From: the human T2T-CHM13v2.0 reference genome, Homo sapiens
Direction: 5' to 3' (one strand)
NCBI RefSeq assembly: GCF_009914755.1
Contig: NC_060936.1
DNA: 64,000 nt
Part shown: positions 28,758-40,962 of the stretch, one piece after another
Position numbering within the stretch: position 1 is the first letter of the stretch
Layout: each line of letters opens with the position of its first letter
Program-made: the position numbers and the translations under genes
The notes under the pieces: model-generated
Told to the model about the DNA's origin: nothing
The model's input: the letters and a program-made list of their open reading frames with translations, nothing else
Database searches by the model: none

Positions 28758-29309
28758 CTATGATATCTAGAAAATCCTCGCAGTGTCTCCCCAATAGGCA
28801 GGCACAAGCAGCTATTTACATTTAAATTCATTGAAATAAAATCAAATGTACAGATTTGGTTCCTTGGCCCATCAGCCACGTTTGAAGTGCTGAATGGTCA
28901 CACATGGCCAGTGCAGATATGAAATATCTCCATCAGTGGAGAAAGTTCTAGGTGGCAGTGATCTGAAACAATCTTTTCCATCTTGATGGAAAAAATCTGT
29001 GGTGTTCTTACATTGCCTTAAAACAACTAGAAATTTGATTTAGATCTGGAAATTTAAGGAGATGATTTCATGGAATTTTGAGTTTTAGTATGTTTCATTG
29101 TAAAAGGAGTCCCCCATCGCCATCCCCACCACCAGCAAGGAGGTTGCAGGGAAGAGCTCTGTAAAACAGGAGCTGTGCATTAGGGCATCTCACAAAGTTG
29201 TGAGCCCTCCGTCCCAGACCTATCCAAGCAGTAGCCGAGGGGATGAACTGCCAGGCCCCTGCTGGATGAAAGATGAGCCCAAGCAACCTGTACGGTTCCT
29301 TTTGTTTCA

Positions 29310-29645
<336 letters not shown>

Positions 29646-30274
29646 TAAGGTTGCTTTTGATGCAAAGACCCCGACATTTGTGGGAGAAACCTGCAGGTGA
29701 ACCCCCTGGGAGCATTTCCAAAGTTCCATCATCTTGGGCAAGCACCTTTCCTTCTCCAGACCTCAATTTCCCCAACTATAAAGCAGCAGCAACAGAGTAG
29801 AGGGTCCCTCAGGGCCACAGGTGTGAGCTCCTCCTGGCTGCGTGACCTGGGGCTGGTGACTTATCTGCCCTGGGCCTCAGTTTCACTGTGTAGACAGTGG
29901 GAATAATAATAGCAGCTACCCTAAGGGAGTTGCCTGAGAGAAAATGACAACAGTTCATCAATAATTTATTTAAGCATCAGATCAGATGAGGCATCTGGTC
30001 TGCTGAAAAGGCAGGCAGAACTATTAGTTCAGGGGTCCCCAGGGTGACTCCTGACAATGTGTCTTTCTCAAACTACGTGGGTGATCTGTCACCCACAGGG
30101 AGTCCTCATTGGTGAGCAGAGAGCTTTTTGGGCAAAAAGAACATAAAAGACCTATCTGGTGCTCCAGAGTCTCCCTGAATTCAATAGTTCACCAGCAACT
30201 TCCCCCGCCCCCAAGGACGCTTCTTGCTTTTCAAAGCTCAGCCTTTTGCAGGTGCATATTTTTCCTTATCAAAA

Positions 30275-30420
30275 CGCATATGCACACAGACACACACACG
30301 CACGCATGCACACTACGCACACGGATGCACACATGTGTGCACACACACGTGCACACACACAACACACATATGCACACACAACACACACGTGCATGTAAAC
30401 GCACACATGCACACGCCCAC
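30275..30420 (+). repeat. Degenerate (CA)n-rich tract in intron 2 (UG-rich in the FOXN4 pre-mRNA)
   Basis: cacacagacacacacacgcacgcatgcacac..., about 145 bp. Confidence 0.9.
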
Positions 30421-31583
30421 AGACCCTAGAGGCTTCATCATCCCCTTTAACAGATAGGAAAGGTGAGGTCAAGCCAGGTGACCTCGCCAAATCCCCAAGC
30501 TTCAGCAGCCCCAGGTAGCTGCTTCAGCACCTCCCTCCTTAGGCCTCGATTTCCTCATCTGGGATGCCACTAGAGCCCCTTTAGGCAGTCCCCCCTCTGC
30601 CAGGAAGTAGGGGGATGCTGAAGGGTTGGGTCCCCTTTTGAAGGGACGGAACACATGGAGCATTCAAGGTCTGAGACAGATCCGGGCAAGGATTGAGGTG
30701 GCACCCTGGGAACATCAGTGTCAGAATAACACTCTATCATTGGTGTAATCCATTTCCCAAGTACCTACTATGTGCTTATTACTTCATGGGTGTTACCTGT
30801 GTGCCCTTGTGAGTTCTGCAATGCCACATCCTAAGCCCATCCCAGCGGGGCAGCCCAGCCCCGGGTCCCCCTTTGCTCTCTCTGTGGCACTGCAGTGGAG
30901 TGGTCACCCAGGTAGGCTTTGGGGTCAGCCAGGCCTAGATCTGGCCACTTAGCAGCTGTGAGAATTGTCTGCAGCTGTCTGCCTCTCTGAGCCTCAGTTT
31001 GCACATCTATAAAATGGGAGTGCTAATGCTCATCCATCTCACGAGGTATGGTGAGGATTGAAGGAAGGCACACAGGTAGGCCGCTCACCCCAGTGGTGGT
31101 GGTCCCATTATAGTAAACATCTCCTGAAGAGTATGGAGAAGTAGACCCCGTGAAGACAGCCAACAGCAGGGTGTCCGGCACTCGGGAAGTGTCTGCTTTA
31201 TTCCACAGCATTTCTTGAACTCTCACTTGCCAGGCACTGTTCTGGCAAGCAGAAGCAACTGTCCGCATCCAAGGAGATAACTTTCTGATTGACGCCAGAA
31301 TGCACAGGAGAGACCCCTGCATGGGATGCTACCTTCCTGCCAACCCCCTAGGTCCAAAACTCTCCAGTCTCCTGAGAGCCTGTGGGGACAGCTACCTGTC
31401 ATCCTCATTTCACAGATGGGATGGCTGAGGCCCAGAGAGATGAGTGACATGTCTCAGCCACATAGCATATCTGCAAAGGAGCTGGGATTTGAACCAGGGA
31501 CGCACTCAGAGCCTGGAGCCTCTTCACTCAGCTGCTCTACCAGTTTGGTTGAAATGCAGGAAGGGCAAACCCTCATCATATCA

Positions 31584-31920
<337 letters not shown>

Positions 31921-34900
31921 AAATCCAGCTGCCAGGTATCCCCATGGTGTCACAGTCACTTGTCAGGGGACCCTGTGGTAGCTCTGGGCAAGGCAAGACA
32001 CCACTGGAGTCCATGGCTTCCATCCTACGCTGACTGGGAGATCAACCCAACCCACTTTAATGGACAATGTCCTTAATCAGTTGTGTTGCTGGAGGGAGGA
32101 AAGAAACCGGCAGGGAACAGGAGGACAGGGACCAGGGAGACCTGCATTCCAGTCCAGCTCCACTCTTAATGGGGAAGTCTTGGGCAGATAACTCAATGCC
32201 CTTTGAACCCCAGCATCCTCGTGTGCCGAACAGAGGTGAGAACAGAGCCTGACTCTCAGTTCGGGGTAGGCAAACCATAGGTGCCATGTTTGGCTCCAGG
32301 TAGGCACTGGAGAACTGTTTGTGGAATGGATTTAACACCCAGCAGCCAAAGTGACCTCTTACAAGGGACATTGGAACCTGTCATTGTCCTTAAAACCCAC
32401 CAAGGGAGTGAGAGTCAAGCTCCTCACCTTGACCTGGCACTCGACCATCTCCTTCCCCACCTCTCTCCTTCCATCCTCTCTGCTCTAGCAACCTGTCCAT
32501 CTCCCAGTTCCTCAAACATTCTAATTCTCACTCATCTTAAGATCACTGTACACACTGTTCCCTCTGCCTGGAATGCTGTTCCATGCACTCATTTATAGCT
32601 GGCTCTTTCTCAGCCTAAATGATCTCTCCTGCAAGAGGCCCTCCCAGGCCCTCCCTATCTCTTCCTGTGGGTGTCCACAGAATACTTATTTTGCAATGAG
32701 ATATTTACTTATACATGTTTCCAGTCTTTCTGCCATAGGATGGCAAGGACCAGGAGGCCCTCTATTTTGTTTAGCACCTGGCATAGGACCTGACGCCCTG
32801 TGGGCATCTATTACATACTCTCAAGTATGAAAGCTAGAGTCAGAAAGGGAGGAAGAGTCCTCAGCCCAGCCCAGCCCCAACATATCTTGCATTCTTCAAT
32901 CTCCATTCATTTCCTGCCCAGCTTAAATACACCTCCTCCAGGAAGCCCTCCCAGACCAGTTCAGCATCTCCCAGTTTTCCCTTCTCCTGAAATGGTTAGT
33001 GCTGTCAGTATCTACACGTAGCACAGACCACTCATGATCACCCACTAATGTAACCCAGGCATCTGTTCTTACCCGCTCCTCCCTTCTAGATACTAAATGC
33101 CAAGAGGACAAAGATGGATGTGTCTTACACCTCATTACAAGACCCATAGCAGCCAGCTCTGAGCCTTTCATTTGACAAATATTTGTCCCCCCAATGTGAA
33201 CTGGACCCCCACGGCCACTGTCCCGTGATTGTTGCCATAAAGGTAAAATGCAATGAACTTGCCATAGAGCCTGGCAGGTGCCCACACAGGGTCACACATA
33301 TTTATGGATGGATTATGGTTTCTGTGGGAATACTTGCCTACATAGCTGAAGTCCAGAGACCACAATTAACTCTTTACTTCCTACCTTGGGATTCCTTAGG
33401 TTGATACAGCAATTGTACAGAGGAAAGAATATCCATCTTGAGTTTAGTTGAAATCTCATCTCAACCCCTTCATAGCTGTGTGATTTGGGGGAAGTCACTT
33501 CACCTCTCTGTGCTGCAGTTTCCTCATAAGTAAAATGGAATAATAATAATTCTCACCACAGGGGGCAGATGTGAGGATAAGATCAGGTAACCTCTAAGAC
33601 AAAGCCAGACACATAATAGTAGGTGCTCAGGCCACATTTCTCTCTTCCCACTTCATTCTCTCCTCTGCGTTGTCATTTAGGAGGGGTCTGCCTGACAAAT
33701 ATTGCCGGGGGGTGGGGGTTAGATCACCATTCCAGAGATTCAGAGACATGTCCCGCCCTACCTGGGCGGCAACTCCGCCCTGATTACAACAAGGTTTCGC
33801 CTGCCTTCTTGAGATGTGGTGGGTAAGAAACTGTTACATCACTGAAAGCTGTTCTTGTTCCCAATCCAACCATTACACAAAAAGGGATTAAGCATTTCAT
33901 GGAGGTGTTTATTTAGCTAACACATCTTTTGTAACCATGTGCAGGATAAAGAAAATCAAATACAATTTAGCAAGCTCAGAAATTCCCAGCTTGGCCAAGG
34001 GTCAGTGTAGTGTGAAATGATTTGATTAGGAATTTGGATAAAAGAATCTTTCCTTTCTAGAACAAGAGTTGGCTTGGGACTTAGAATGTGCATGTGTGTG
34101 TGAGTGCATGCACACATGTGTTTTTTAGGGATGAAACTGCAAGACTGGGAAAGAGTCGGACCACAGAGAGGCTACCTCTCTTCCTTGCCCATAAGGTCAC
34201 CTGAGGAGCTGTTCTCTCCACCCTGAGGGTGAAGGGATGGGAAGACATCGGGATGGTTACTGCCCCTAAGAAACGGAGCCCCTTCCAAGGAGATCACAAC
34301 TGATGGGTGAAGCCACCTGATATGGGTTAAACTATCCCCACACGCAGTGTGGGTTCAAGAGAAATTTATCATCCCTTGAGCATGAAGCCTCCCTGTGTTT
34401 CCATGGATGTGTTATTTTCACGTGATATTTGTCCATTCATCCATCTATCCAGTACATATGTATTAACTTTTATCTACTGTGTGCCCAGCATTGCAGTCCA
34501 CAGATAAGAGAACCACCATCCAGAGAGAGGAAGGGCTTTCCCCTAAGGTCGCCTCATTTCTTAGAGCAGGGACTGAGATTTTGGGAAGTGAACATCCAGC
34601 ACGAGGATCCAGAAGGAGGACCACTGAGCCTTGTGGCCCTGGGAGAAGGTGAGGGTCCAAGAAGCCAGAAGCCTGCCTTCCGTCATCTCACTGGGCCTCA
34701 GTTTCCCAATCTGTAAAAGGAGCTTGTTGGACCTGACCTCTAGAATAAATTCTAAAAGGTAGGGGCAGGTGATTAATAATATAAGTTCTGCCCCTTCATA
34801 AATGTGTGCCTTTGAGCAAGTCATGTCTCTTGGCCTCAGTATCCTTACCTGTAGATTGGGATAATGTCAGTACCTGTCTCATGGTTGTTACTATAAAAAA

Positions 34901-35358
<458 letters not shown>

Positions 35359-36363
35359 TTAATAACTCTGTTTTAGCACCTCTAAGGGTGGACTTTCCTC
35401 CCACCCCCTGAGCTAGAGAGAAATCCAGCTAACCCACATTGAGCATGAGCCCTGTTTACCGTTGCCCAAGAGGTCAGGACCACCCCCAGTCCCCTGCCCC
35501 TTCATCAGCAGCAGGGCTGAGAGGCTGCTGCCAATTTGCTGTCTAGGCCCCGCCACTGACTCCTGACAGCTCCCCAGGGACAGGGCAGCCGCCTCTAGCT
35601 GCTGCCCCCGCCCTCCTGCACACAGCCATTGAAAATTAACGGCCAAACTCAGCCCCAGGGGGATGGAGAGCCAGGCGGCTGCACGAGAGGCTGGACCCAC
35701 AGCCTAAGTGGTCCTTGGAGTCCTTCTCTGGGATGTGGGAGGGCGAATGAGAAGCCCATAAACTTTTCCTGGGCTACTATTTGGGGAGAAAAATGGGAGT
35801 GGTTGGAAGTGGGAAGTCACTGTGTAATCATAAAACCCCCTCTGCAAGAAAGCATTCTCTCCCAGGCCCCTCTGAATGCCTTGACCCATTCGAAGTGCAG
35901 AATCCTCCCAGCAAACCTGCAAATTGGGTGGCTCCATTTCACTGATGAAGAACCTGAGGCTCAGAGAGAGGCAGTGACTACTCCAGGGTCACACTGAGGT
36001 GAGGTGATGCAGCAGCTTATTCTGTTCCAACACCCGTGCTCATGGCCAGTGGGACTTGGGGCCAGTGGTCACAAATGGTGGTTACAAATACTCTCAGGGT
36101 GCAACCACTTTGGGGCCAAGTCTCCACTGTACCCATGATGAGCTGTGCCATCTTGTTAAGCCATTTAAACAGGCTCAGCCTTGGTTTCCTCATTCACCAA
36201 ATGGGCCCAAGAGTTCTACCCTCATGGGGTGGTTTTGGGGATTTGATGGGATTTGACGGGGATTTATGCCAAAAGCCAAGAGCACAGGGAAGGCAGGCAG
36301 TAAAAGGTTAAGAAACCACCAGCTGCTATTATTATTGTTGTTATTATTATTATTATTATGTTA

Positions 36364-36740
<377 letters not shown>

Positions 36741-39196
36741 CCTTGAATCCACGTGAACAGGAAAGGCTTGTGCCAGACCAGGAGCCTGGGCACCTCTGGA
36801 TCCAGTGCTGATGGGAACAGGCCTGCTTCTCCTCCCCACTCCCCAACTCCTGACCCCTGCTAGCTCGGCAGTGGACTGGCTAGGCATTGCCAGGCCCCCA
36901 AGAAGTTCTCTGCTTGCCCCGCCCTGTTTTTGGAGAAGGGCAGTTGCTTAGTGCCCCCAGACAGTTTGTCAGCTGGGTGGCCCAGATGAACAAGGTCAAG
37001 ACTCCGGGGCTGAGTCTGATGGGAGCCCCTCCTGGGCAGCACCTGGGCACCTGGATTCAGGGTTTCTCCCACCCTCCAAGTTCCTCCCCACTTCCCACCG
37101 TGAGAGCCCTCCATAGACGCGTCTCTTGCGGGAAGCTGGACTCTCTAATGTAACTAAGTGGTAACAGCAACAGCAACTACTGATTATGTGTTTCTTGCTC
37201 TACAAGCTTTATTTACTTAATCCTCCCAGCAACTGCATGAGGGAAGAGCTGTGATCATGCCCATTTTAAAGATGAGAAACAAAAGCAAGTCACCGGCCCT
37301 GCCTAAAGCTGGGCTTTGAACCTGCACGTGTCTGAATCCTAGCAATTGTTCTCACTCTCTGACTCCCCTATCTCCAGTGCTTTTAAGGGGTGCTTTTAGG
37401 CAACAGTAAGATTCAATGTCTTTGAGCTCTTAAAGCCAACCTGGAGGAAGGATGCGCTCGCCCAGGCTTGCAGCTAGGAGGGCAGAAGTAGATTCACCCT
37501 GGATACATTCAGTGCCTGCTGGGTGTCAGGTGCCTTCATAGATAATATGATACATATATCATTTAACCCTCCAGAGCTAGCTTTTACTATCCCCATTGCA
37601 CAAAACTATGAAAGTTCACAGGTGAATCTGCTCATAATTGGTGAATGGCAGAGCCAAAAATGATTACTAAATTGTCATAACAACTCCATGCAGTGGGTAT
37701 TATTTCTATCCCCATTCTACAGATGAAGAAGCTGAGGCTCAGAGAGCTCCACGTAGCCAGAGAAGTTGGGATTATAATGGACTTGAGAGCCTAAGCTGCT
37801 AACCCTTACACTGCCACTAAATCACTTGGCATTATTTAAACCCTGAGAGTGCTGGAAGGAAGCCTAGAGGCCCTTGGCTGTGTGATCTTGGGAGAAGCCA
37901 TTTCATTTTTCTAAGCCTCAGTTTCCTCACCTATACAACAGGGCTCATCAGAGCAACCTCCCGAGATGAGGTGAGTGATGGGGGATGGCACACAGTAGGT
38001 GCTTGCAAACTGCCACGTACCTGGCCCCAGCTCTGCACACAGCAGGCTCTCTGCAAATATCTGTTTGAATCTGTGTCCTCGTTTGGATCTCAGAAGGCAG
38101 CTTCCAGGCCCACAGCCCTCAGGAAGCAGCCTCCCTCTAATTGCGGGCTGCGGTCTGTCCCAGCAGGCACTCCTGGTGAGTTGCAGTGACCCCGGGGGGG
38201 CCAGACAAACCCTGGGTAAACAGGGCTGATAGGAGGTGACAGCCTGCTCTTCCCAGGCCAGCCCTGGTCCTGTCCCCATTCCGTAATCTGGACTGTGCCC
38301 CCTCAGCCTACAGACATGTTGCTTGCTCTGTCGGGGGAGCCCTGGAAACGAGGTCAGGGCTCCCTGGCCTCAAGGGGAAAGAGGCCGGGAGGGGACTCCA
38401 GGTCCTTCCTTTTCCTCCTTTTCCCTCCTGGAGACCTTGGACAAGCCCTTTCGCCTTTCTTGGCCTCAGTTTCCCCAACTGTAAAAAAAATAGGGGGTGC
38501 GCAGACTGGTTGACCTCCTAAAGGCCTTTTTGGCTATGATGTTTGAAGACAAAAAAAGACAGAAGGGCTCTGAAGGCTTCCATGCATCCTCTCAGTTGTA
38601 CCTTGCTTCACCCTGTTTCAAGGCCTCAGTTTCCATCTAATTTACTCTTCAAACACATGAGGCCTAGAAGAAACCTTAAGATCATCTACTTCAACAAGAT
38701 CAATTAAATGATGAGGAAGTGAGGCCCAGGGCAAAGGACTTGCTGAATGTCACACAGCCTGGCTGAGAACTTAGCGTATCTGACTACTTTCTTAACATCT
38801 GTGGAGGATAGAACCCAATTCCTCCCAGAAGGTTTTTTTTTGGCAGGGGGTGGGGGAGCATTTCCCACAGCCCCCATTAAGGCCACTGGAGGGGAAGCAG
38901 TAGCTGCTATTGTCATCTTAACATTCACCAGGATGCCCAAACAGTATCAAATGCAGAAACGGACCTCTTTTGGAGGGGACAAGAGACAGCAGGCATTTCG
39001 TGGTCCCACTGGGCCAGGTTGTGGCCCAGACACCCTTAGCAAGACCAACATTGAAATCAAGACTTTCCAGCTCTCCCGCAAAAATCACAGAATTGAACAT
39101 AACAATAGTTCTTGGGCAGTTTCAGAAACCATAAACAGCATACAAACACTTTGAGCAATTAAAAAATATATAGTTTGTTATTGTTGGAGCCCTCAC

Positions 39197-39282
39197 CTGT
39201 ATTCCTGTGGAGAGGGGTGGTGATTTTGCCCTGAGTTTCGAATAATTCCTGACATTATGGATGAGGTGTCACTTTCTATCAT
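39197..39282 (-). CDS. FOXN4: FOXN4 exon 2 coding part ([29 protein letters not shown]); exon begins at 39285
   Basis: Acceptor ttttcccAAG|GAG ATG; ATG at 39282; donor ACAG|GTGAGG; 86 nt, ends in phase 2. Confidence 0.92.
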
Positions 39283-40079
39283 CTCCTTGGGAAAAGACAA
39301 GCAGAAAACAAAGCTCCCATCAGCGACGATATGGACAGGGCAGAAACCCACAGTTTTCCCGCAATTCAGAAAGATGGAGCACAATCAACTCACAGAACAC
39401 TTTTTTTTTCTTTAAAGAAAAAAGTTCTAGAGGATTCCTGGGCATCTCAGGTCACTTTCCCAGGGCAATTCTACAGCGTTTTAGAAACAAATGAAGAGAA
39501 TGAAATGAAATTCCCGGTTCTTTCGAATTAATGGGGGAAGAGCAAGGGAAGCTCTAGAATCCAAATGTCAAACCTGGAAAATGTGGACTCACAAAATAGG
39601 AATCAGAAAAACGATTTCCTTCCAAGCCTTATATTTTCAACCTCAGTTTGGTTATGATCACTTTCAAAATAAGGGGCAGCTGGATGTGACATGTGTATTT
39701 CTCTGGGGGAACAAATTCCCACTTGCAAAGGGAATAATCCCCGCAAGCTCCTGCCCTGAAATGCCTTCAGAAATGCCACAAGCCCTTACTGGAAAACCAA
39801 TCCAACCACCCACGTCCCCGCAACACACAAACACTGCCTTAAAAAAATAATAAAAATATTTGAGTTCCCTAAGTTTCTCAAACTCCAAGCCTGAACCAAC
39901 ATAAAAGCCCACCAAAGCCTCAGTTCCGCCCCCAAAGCCATCGAAGGATTCCCAGGAAGGAGGAAAAGGGAGCAGAGGGAGGCGGCCCCGCAGCCCCTGC
40001 GCCCGGGTCTCTACCCTGGAAATGCAATGCCCGGCATTGCCCGGGAGGAGGGAGCAAAGCCGACCCTGCAAGGCGGTAC

Positions 40080-40245
40080 CTGGAGCCGATCCTCGCGGGG
40101 CCGCCGCTGCCGGCGCTCCGGGGGTGGGCAGGGGTTCCGGAGGGGGGCTCCCTCGCGCTCGCCCCTCGCGTTCCGCAATTTGGCCGCCGTCGCAGCTCGA
40201 ACCGTTTTTAAATTTCCCTCTCTGGAGCTGTCCAGCTCAGAGCAT
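40080..40245 (-). other. FOXN4: FOXN4 exon 1 (5' UTR); 5' end approximate
   Basis: Donor CTCCAG|GTACCG (GT at 40079-40078) inside the CpG island, about 800 bp upstream of the ATG exon. The TSS is inferred, not observed. Confidence 0.7.
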
Positions 40246-40895
40246 GCGCAGTAGCCGTGCGGGGGGCTTTTCCCCAAGGGTCAGTTACAGGGCAGGGTCA
40301 AGGGGATTGCAGCGGGCGTTTCCCAGCAGCCGCGAGCCTTGCACGCCCCGGGGTTCTGGGGGGGGGGGTGTGTGTGAGGGGGGCGGGGCGGAGGAGTGCA
40401 GGGGTAGGGACCCCTCTTCAAACTTTGCCAACAGTGACAACAACTGCATGCCCGAGAGCATGCGTTGAGGAGCAGTGGGAGGGTGATTTCGGCCAAGGGA
40501 ATTAAGTTGCAAAAGGAGGCTGGGTGCATTAAAACTTGCAATCCCGCCTGGGGCAAAGGACGTGGGCGGGCGGAGAGATCTGTTGCAACCCCCTCTCTCC
40601 CCCAAAGTGGAGGACGGGCCGGGAGGCAGAGACGGGGCCCCAGGTGGACGCGGATTCGGTCCACCTGTCCCTTTAAGAAAGTTGCGCCCGCGCGGGCTGG
40701 CGCGCAGCGGGAGGGGGCTGCGGAGCGGGGCGCGGGGCGCCTCCACCTGCTGGGGCCGCGAGGGGGGGCCCGGGCCCAGCGCGGCGGCGAGGCGAGGAGG
40801 GCTCCCCGGGACTGCGCGCTGCGCCCCCCTGTCCCGCGAGGAGGGTGAGCCCGCCCGGAGCGAGTGCGGCGGGGCTCGGCGGCCCCGGCAGCCGC

Positions 40896-40962
40896 GACGA
40901 CGGCGACGGCGGTGGCGGTGGCGGTGGCGGTGGCGGCGGCGGCGGAGGCGGAGGCTGCGGCG
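40896..40962 (+). repeat. Interrupted GGC/GGT trinucleotide-hexamer repeat in the CpG island
   Basis: (GGCGGT)4 then (GGC)4, flanked by GAC/GGA variants. Confidence 0.9.

Noticed and set aside
38398-38415. ccaggtccttcct match to the intron-8 repeat core
   Set aside because: About 13 bp only, with unrelated flanks; compatible with chance.
40024-40040. Short palindromes GCAATGCC-C-GGCATTGC (and GTGGGTGA-TCTG-TCACCCAC at 30077-30096)
   Set aside because: Inverted repeats with 8-bp arms are expected by chance in 64 kb.
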